Shown one piece after another: positions 58,409 to 64,000 of a stretch of 64,000 nt of DNA. Position 1 is the first letter of the stretch; each line of letters begins with the position of its first letter. The stretch is taken from the NCBI GenBank assembly GCA_964585295.1, contig CAZPCY010000002.1:102745-166744 (forward strand), written 5' to 3'. The notes under the pieces are model-generated. The model was not told the origin of the DNA and did not search any database. It saw only the letters and a program-made list of their open reading frames with translations. The translations under genes and the position numbers were made by a program. The stretch is from an uncultured Candidatus Poseidoniales archaeon. GTDB lineage: Archaea > Thermoplasmatota > Poseidoniia > Poseidoniales > Thalassarchaeaceae.

Positions 58409-61400
58409 ATGGTCACACGGGTGCCGGTGGAGGCTAGGCTCGCAGCAGCCATCGTGCTGATCATGCTGATTATGCCCTTGGCGCCGATTGCGACCGCAAC
58501 CCAATCCCGAGCCCCCGGCGTGGATCTAAGACCTACAGGATTCTCGACCCAATATGTCGACTCTGGAGACAGGTCCGAATTCGGACTCCTGTCCCGTGCC
58601 ACCCCGCCCACCCATCCGACCAGAAGTTCCAATCTCTGGGTCGTAGATGGACTGGTTGGGAAGGGACTCAGCATCTCCGCCACCGTTCGGAACGATGGTG
58701 ATGCATCGGCTTCTTCATTCGATGTCCAATTCGTCGTCATCCATGACGAGTATGGCTCATTCGAGATTCTGAACTCCAGCAGTACGATATCCTCCCTCGC
58801 CGCGGGTTCATCAAACACAGCATCTACGACTTGGACTCCAACCTACTCGGGGAATCACACCTTACGTATCGAGACCGTTTCCATTCAAGACTCCAATTTG
58901 GCAAACGACCGGATTCAATCGACCATAACCATCGGAGCGATGTACGAGACGGCGGAGAGTGGCACCTCTTGGACTAGAGGGAACGGTTGGAACATAGACA
59001 GCACGCACTCCCTTGGAGGGACCTCTTCGTTCAAGATAGGAGCGAGTGGCACCAGTGGCCAGTACAGCAACCTCTGGACCACATCCGTCACCTCTCCTTC
59101 GATGGATCTATCCGATGCTCATACCTCACCTAACAGCGGTTTCGGAATCGGTTTCTTCTACACCGGGTCGACCGAATCGAACGATCGCATGATGCTGCAG
59201 GTGGTCTCGGCTGGCAACGTGCATGATGTGATGGGAAGCGGAGGTCTATCCGGGAATGTGAACGGTCAACCGAACCAGTGGTTGATCAATGTCAACAACG
59301 TCGGAGGCAGAAGTGTTCCTTGGTATCCGATTGATCCATCCACCCTCTCTTCGAACTCGCAGTTTAGGTTCCTGTTCACCTCGGATGCCACTGGCACGGA
59401 TGTTGGATATTGGATCGATGACATCGTCATGTTCTACGATCAGAAGGCCGCGCCTAAGGAATTCAGACTGACTGCCAGCGGCGCTTCCCATGCGAGCGCT
59501 CCACGAACCGGTTGGGGTGACCTAAGTTTCTCAGTCCGTAATGATGGCAACGTGACCGATCGGTTCACTTTGGCTGCTGAAGGGCTACCTTCCGATTGGA
59601 ATATCCAATTCGCCAATCCGAGTGGCAGTGGTCTAGTAGCGGGCACCGAGATAGAATTACAGGCGGGTGAGACGCGGGCGTTCGTCCTCAAGTTCCAGCC
59701 ACCTGAGGATTCTGCGACGGTGTCAGAATCCGGCACGATTCGAATCCAGAGCGTGCTGGAATCCACCGCTGTAGCGACACATGGTTTCACGGCCACTGTC
59801 GATCCGAGATACGCTCCAGAGTGGGAGGGCGATCTGCCCACTCAACGCTGCGCTCCAGGACAAACCTGCACATTCACAGTGAGGTTGACGAACGGAGGGG
59901 ATGGTAGCGACACGTTCGTACTCAGCGCTGCACCAGAATTGCTACCCGACGACTGGTCATTCGGCCTCTCCAGTGATCAACCGTCTTCCGTGACGCTACA
60001 ACCCGGGGAGGGATCTGATGTCAAGATGGCAGTGGCAGTGCCGGTCGATGCCCCATCGGGTACCGATGCTAGATGCAGGTTGATTGCGGAAAGTCAAGCA
60101 GATTCGAGCAGCACCATGGAGACCACGGTCAATGTCACCGCCTCCATGATCTCAGCAGCGAGCGTGGTTCTTGACCAGGATTCCCTTCCCGGCGACGGTC
60201 TGCTCGGAATCGGCGAACATGTTGATTTGATCTACGTCGTAACGAACGAGGCCAACCGTCAGGACATCTACTCTGTGTCATTGGAAGGCTTGACCGGTAC
60301 CGAATGGGACGTCACGATTCTAGGTGTGCCGACCCTCTCCGTCGCATCGAATGACTCCGGTCTTGTCAGAGTCAGACTGACCGCTCCTGCCGACGGCTTG
60401 GCGAACGACCCAGCCACGAGATTCGAGGTGGTTCTGACTTCCGGTCAATCGGGTTCCACATTCCGTAGCTCCCAATTTGAAGGGGTGCGGGTCAGTATGC
60501 ATCACGACCTCTCCATAACTCTCACGGCAGAGCCTACGAGTTGGACGCCAAGCATCGCGGATGCCATCCGATTGAATGTTACCAACGAAGGTAACGGCGA
60601 CGACCAAGTCTACATCGATGTTACCGGCTTGCCAACCGGCTGGAACTGGTCAATAAGGGTCGATGGGGTCGCCTCTTCGATACCCTTCCCGATAGGTCTA
60701 GCTCCCGATGCTGATTCGACCAGAAGCGTTGAGATTGTAGTCGACCCATCAGGTAGTGCATCGCCTGGTACAACCGTCAAAGCGAAGATTACGGTCAGTC
60801 CAGCGATAGGTTTGGATGTTGATCCAGCCGATAACGAGATTACTTCCAGCATCAAGGTGGAATCGATAAGATTGGCAGAGATGAGTGGCTTCCCTGTACA
60901 AGAGAGGAGCGGAATCCTCCTCGGTTCGACCTCTTTTGAGGAGGTTACCATCCGTAACGAAGGTAATGCATACGATGGTGGCCTACAAGTGCGCCTTCGT
61001 ATGGATCCCATGATGCCAGAACTCGAGGCAGCAATCATCGTTGATGGTGTCGAGCACGGGTTGACCTCTTGGGTTGACATCCCACTCTCGCCGCAGGCGG
61101 AGGTGATGGTAGTGACACGCCTCATGATCGGCGAAGGCATTCCGCTTGAGACCAAGGTCACGCTCACCGTTGATGTCCGTCGAGAGGGAGATGCTTCCCC
61201 AATCGCACTGACCAGCAGCCTCACCTACACAGCAGACGAGGAGAGAGTTATCGAAGCGGAAACCACTCTGGAAGAGACCTTCACTGCAGATCTGGCAACG
61301 AGTGGAGATTTCGCTGTAGATGTGACGAGTCGCTCTACTAGAGATGAGGAGGTCTATCTACGATCATTCACACCCAGTGGATGGACGATGTCTTGCACAC

Positions 61401-62476
61401 CAACGAATGGAAGAGGCGATTCTTACCGTCTGATCCTTGAGCCCGATTCATCTGTTGGAAGAACCCTTCCATTCGATTGTGATTATGTGGTCGCGGAAGA
61501 TGCTGAGGATGGAACCATTCGTCTGGAATTGCATGATGCCGATGGGACGGTTCTATGGTTGTCGATTCACACAGCTACAATAGTTCGCCCAGATAATGTA
61601 GAAGACGAACCACTTCTATCAGGAGGTACGTCCACTGCCTTGGCCGCTGGTGGTCTCGTATCTCTACTAGCCATCGCCACGGTACTCTTCACTTTGATGA
61701 TGAGGCGACGGAAGAGTCTGGATGAGGAGCCATTGGAGGAGAAGGGGAGCGATGATCTCGTCTCTCTGGATGGTCATCCGACGCCGGTGATTTCGGATTA
61801 TCAAACAACACAGCAGCCGGCTCAAACACCGCCGGCAACCACTGCCCACGCAGCAGAATCAGAGTACCAATACCCAACAGCACACGCTTCACATCCCCAA
61901 GTCACAACCGATCACGGAATGATATGGGATGGTCAACGTTGGGTCGCACCCCAGGTTGGGATCTCCTCACAGGCCGCCCAGTACAGCCACTCTCAGGACC
62001 AACTCCAACAACAATTCCAACCTCAACCCACTGTGGAAACTCCCTACCAGCAGGAGACGCCTAACCTGGCTTACAATCCGGAACCCACGCATCCAATCGG
62101 CGCTCAGGAAGCAGCCACTGCACCCGTAGGGCAACTCGATGGTGCATTCGCAAGCCTCGGAATGACCCACCAAGATGTTGGGTCGGGACCCGTGGATGCT
62201 GCCATCGAACCATCCGAAACCTTCGCCCAACCCGTTGAATCAGTCTTTGAACCGGTGCAGTCGGAAGTCGAATTCTCGGTTGAAAATGCAACGATGGAAG
62301 ATGCAGAACAGACGGCAGCTAGTGGCACGACGCCATTGCCCATCATAGCGTGTACACATTGCCACAATCCATTGGGGCCAACAGACATCTGGTCTGAATG
62401 TCCAGGTTGCGGCGGCTACAGACATCAGGCATGTCTCGGGGCATCTCCGATATGCCCAAGATGTCACTCCTCCTGA
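58409..62476 (+). CDS. Large surface protein: CARDB + repeated NEW3-like Ig domains, TM helix, Q/P-rich tail, C-terminal C4HC3 RING-like finger
   Basis: Repeated V.N.G...D.F.L....LP..W units; TM + RRRK; CTHC-x12-CPGC-x4-HQAC-x6-CPRC. Confidence 0.85.
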   Translation: MVTRVPVEARLAAAIVLIMLIMPLAPIATATQSRAPGVDLRPTGFSTQYVDSGDRSEFGLLSRATPPTHPTRSSNLWVVDGLVGKGLSISATVRNDGDASASSFDVQFVVIHDEYGSFEILNSSSTISSLAAGSSNTASTTWTPTYSGNHTLRIETVSIQDSNLANDRIQSTITIGAMYETAESGTSWTRGNGWNIDSTHSLGGTSSFKIGASGTSGQYSNLWTTSVTSPSMDLSDAHTSPNSGFGIGFFYTGSTESNDRMMLQVVSAGNVHDVMGSGGLSGNVNGQPNQWLINVNNVGGRSVPWYPIDPSTLSSNSQFRFLFTSDATGTDVGYWIDDIVMFYDQKAAPKEFRLTASGASHASAPRTGWGDLSFSVRNDGNVTDRFTLAAEGLPSDWNIQFANPSGSGLVAGTEIELQAGETRAFVLKFQPPEDSATVSESGTIRIQSVLESTAVATHGFTATVDPRYAPEWEGDLPTQRCAPGQTCTFTVRLTNGGDGSDTFVLSAAPELLPDDWSFGLSSDQPSSVTLQPGEGSDVKMAVAVPVDAPSGTDARCRLIAESQADSSSTMETTVNVTASMISAASVVLDQDSLPGDGLLGIGEHVDLIYVVTNEANRQDIYSVSLEGLTGTEWDVTILGVPTLSVASNDSGLVRVRLTAPADGLANDPATRFEVVLTSGQSGSTFRSSQFEGVRVSMHHDLSITLTAEPTSWTPSIADAIRLNVTNEGNGDDQVYIDVTGLPTGWNWSIRVDGVASSIPFPIGLAPDADSTRSVEIVVDPSGSASPGTTVKAKITVSPAIGLDVDPADNEITSSIKVESIRLAEMSGFPVQERSGILLGSTSFEEVTIRNEGNAYDGGLQVRLRMDPMMPELEAAIIVDGVEHGLTSWVDIPLSPQAEVMVVTRLMIGEGIPLETKVTLTVDVRREGDASPIALTSSLTYTADEERVIEAETTLEETFTADLATSGDFAVDVTSRSTRDEEVYLRSFTPSGWTMSCTPTNGRGDSYRLILEPDSSVGRTLPFDCDYVVAEDAEDGTIRLELHDADGTVLWLSIHTATIVRPDNVEDEPLLSGGTSTALAAGGLVSLLAIATVLFTLMMRRRKSLDEEPLEEKGSDDLVSLDGHPTPVISDYQTTQQPAQTPPATTAHAAESEYQYPTAHASHPQVTTDHGMIWDGQRWVAPQVGISSQAAQYSHSQDQLQQQFQPQPTVETPYQQETPNLAYNPEPTHPIGAQEAATAPVGQLDGAFASLGMTHQDVGSGPVDAAIEPSETFAQPVESVFEPVQSEVEFSVENATMEDAEQTAASGTTPLPIIACTHCHNPLGPTDIWSECPGCGGYRHQACLGASPICPRCHSS

Positions 62477-62958
62477 TCGATGGCGGTTGTCCTCAACCAA
62501 GATGGGGCCTCTATCGGGTCGCCTTCTGGGTTGACTCCAGGGGATGTATTCCAATTCCCATCGAATGGTTGAGTCAGTACCTCCATGCATCCGATTCTAG
62601 CCAGAGCCTCGATCGCGGCGGCTGTTCGCGCCTCTACTGGGGATATCTCCTCTTTGAATATCGAATCCAAATCCAAACACAACCTCTCGAATGTTCTAGT
62701 TCCATCTGCGAGTTCCCAAACTGCGCTCATCATGCCATCGAGAGGACGACGAAGTGTATTCCTGCCTCTGAACAACCGAGACGCCAAGCGATCAATTCTG
62801 TTCAGCCTCTTGCGTTGGACGATAACGACCGAAGACCCTGAGATAAGATGTGATGAATTAGGAGAATCTGAATCATCCCTCCAACCCCAGAATACCTCTG
62901 ACCTCACAGGATGGGTGCCTCTTAGGGCTTCGATTGGGATGGCCACGATTGACGGCAA
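62464..62958 (-). CDS. PqqD/RRE-like winged-helix protein
   Basis: LDGMMSAVWELADGTRTFERL.......F........R....I..L...G. Confidence 0.65.
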   Translation of the reverse strand: MPSIVAIPIEALRGTHPVRSEVFWGWRDDSDSPNSSHLISGSSVVIVQRKRLNRIDRLASRLFRGRNTLRRPLDGMMSAVWELADGTRTFERLCLDLDSIFKEEISPVEARTAAAIEALARIGCMEVLTQPFDGNWNTSPGVNPEGDPIEAPSWLRTTAIDQEE

Positions 62959-62985
62959 GAGGTGGAGACAAATGACCGATTCGGG

Positions 62986-63177
62986 TCAAATCTCTAGTTG
63001 CATCGTCCATATGGCAAGAGAAGCCATGCAGGCGGATCCGATAATCGCCACAAGTCGCAACATTCTGACGCGTTCGGTGAATGTCCTGAGATACCAAGCG
63101 ATAACGCCGCAAATCGCAATTACCGCGAGGAGCAGGTACCATGCTGGTGGCAGGGCCACGCATCGGCGAACAGGCAC
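62986..63177 (-). CDS. Small two-TM protein
   Basis: Two hydrophobic helices, co-oriented upstream of the PqqD-like gene. Confidence 0.5.
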   Translation of the reverse strand: MPVRRCVALPPAWYLLLAVIAICGVIAWYLRTFTERVRMLRLVAIIGSACMASLAIWTMQLEI

Positions 63178-63317
63178 ACACTCTCAAGATGCCCCCCCAA
63201 AGTGGCATATCGACAGAGATTGGACGATCGTCCGTGAGCAGAGACCATGCAAGGAATCGCGTCTGACCACATTCCCTTGCGACGGAATCAAGGCATCTCC
63301 GTGACGGGTGGAGGCGC

Positions 63318-64000
63318 ATGGGGCTGAGAGGAGTCGGGAGGACTCTCCTCGCTGTCGACCGAGTCCTAGTACTGATTGGAGACTCTCTTGGCTCTCGAAT
63401 AAGGTCCAATGGTGTTCGGGACCTAGCGATAATCTCAGGCTACGGGTTCGCGTACCTATTGGTCACCTTAGCCCCAGCTGAGATCGGGCTCCCCCTCCTC
63501 TGGCTGTGCTGGTTCGTGGTGATCGCCCACAGTCGTTCTTGGGTTTCAAACGAAGCGGAGCGGAGAGACATTGCCCGAGGACTATCGGATGTCGATCCCG
63601 ACTCTCTTCCGGACCTTCGTAGAACCGCCTTCTTGTCCGCCATGCAACTGTTTGTGATTATCCCCCTCCTATTCGATCTGACCGATCGAGTCTTTGGCAT
63701 CGGGGAAACTTCAGGTGATACTGACATCAGAGAATGGATGCTTTTCTCGATTGATCTGTTGTCGAGATCATTGCTCGACTGGGCCGAGGTGTACGAGATC
63801 TCATTCTCATCAATCACTCCGAATTCCATGTGGACTCGCCACATGATTCTCCTGCAACTGCTGACAATCGACTTCTTGCTGGTACAGGCGATAATCAGAT
63901 TGCTCGAAATTCGTAGAATTACGGATGAAGGAGTTCGAGCGACCGCTCGGGACCCTGATCACTCCGTCCGACTCGGGAAGAGGGCGGTAAAGCCTCTAAT
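63318..64000 (+). CDS. Membrane protein, 3'-truncated at the window edge
   Basis: Manual translation is open to the end (MGLRGVGRTLL...LGKRAVKPL); ATG follows GGTGGAGG; several TM segments. Not in the ORF track. Confidence 0.7.
   Translation, partial: MGLRGVGRTLLAVDRVLVLIGDSLGSRIRSNGVRDLAIISGYGFAYLLVTLAPAEIGLPLLWLCWFVVIAHSRSWVSNEAERRDIARGLSDVDPDSLPDLRRTAFLSAMQLFVIIPLLFDLTDRVFGIGETSGDTDIREWMLFSIDLLSRSLLDWAEVYEISFSSITPNSMWTRHMILLQLLTIDFLLVQAIIRLLEIRRITDEGVRATARDPDHSVRLGKRAVKPL

Overview
About 64 kb of an archaeal chromosome, most consistent with Marine Group II/Poseidoniales (Thermoplasmatota). This is inferred from archaeal-type ProRS, MetRS, PriS, PAN, Kae1, Tsr3, aMBF1 and S19e/L39e/L31e/S17e, plus DUF835, PGF-CTERM/TSP3 surface proteins and many Zn-ribbon membrane proteins. 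It is mostly core genome: coaBC, split transketolase, an OPT transporter, a P2A ATPase, futalosine menaquinone genes (mqnE, mqnA, mqnD), folate-dependent histidine utilisation, methylmalonyl-CoA mutase/epimerase, a NatAB-like ABC exporter, an RHH-folE-queE-queC-queD operon and tRNA-Val(GAC). I saw no transposases, integrases or CRISPR arrays. The most notable observations are: (1) MqnD fused in frame to a module resembling the C-terminal half of eukaryotic deoxyhypusine hydroxylase; (2) a MamK/salactin-like actin; (3) a Zn-ribbon + EF-hand-pair module shared by two otherwise unrelated membrane proteins, near an SPCA-like Ca/Mn pump; (4) a large Ig-like surface protein with a cytoplasmic C4HC3 RING-like finger; (5) a ~225-nt multi-hairpin ncRNA candidate upstream of rps19e; (6) an RHH regulator with a palindromic operator candidate heading the preQ0 operon; (7) an AT-rich oriC-like gap. 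All family assignments come from motif recognition by eye and recalled reference sequences; no database searches were run.
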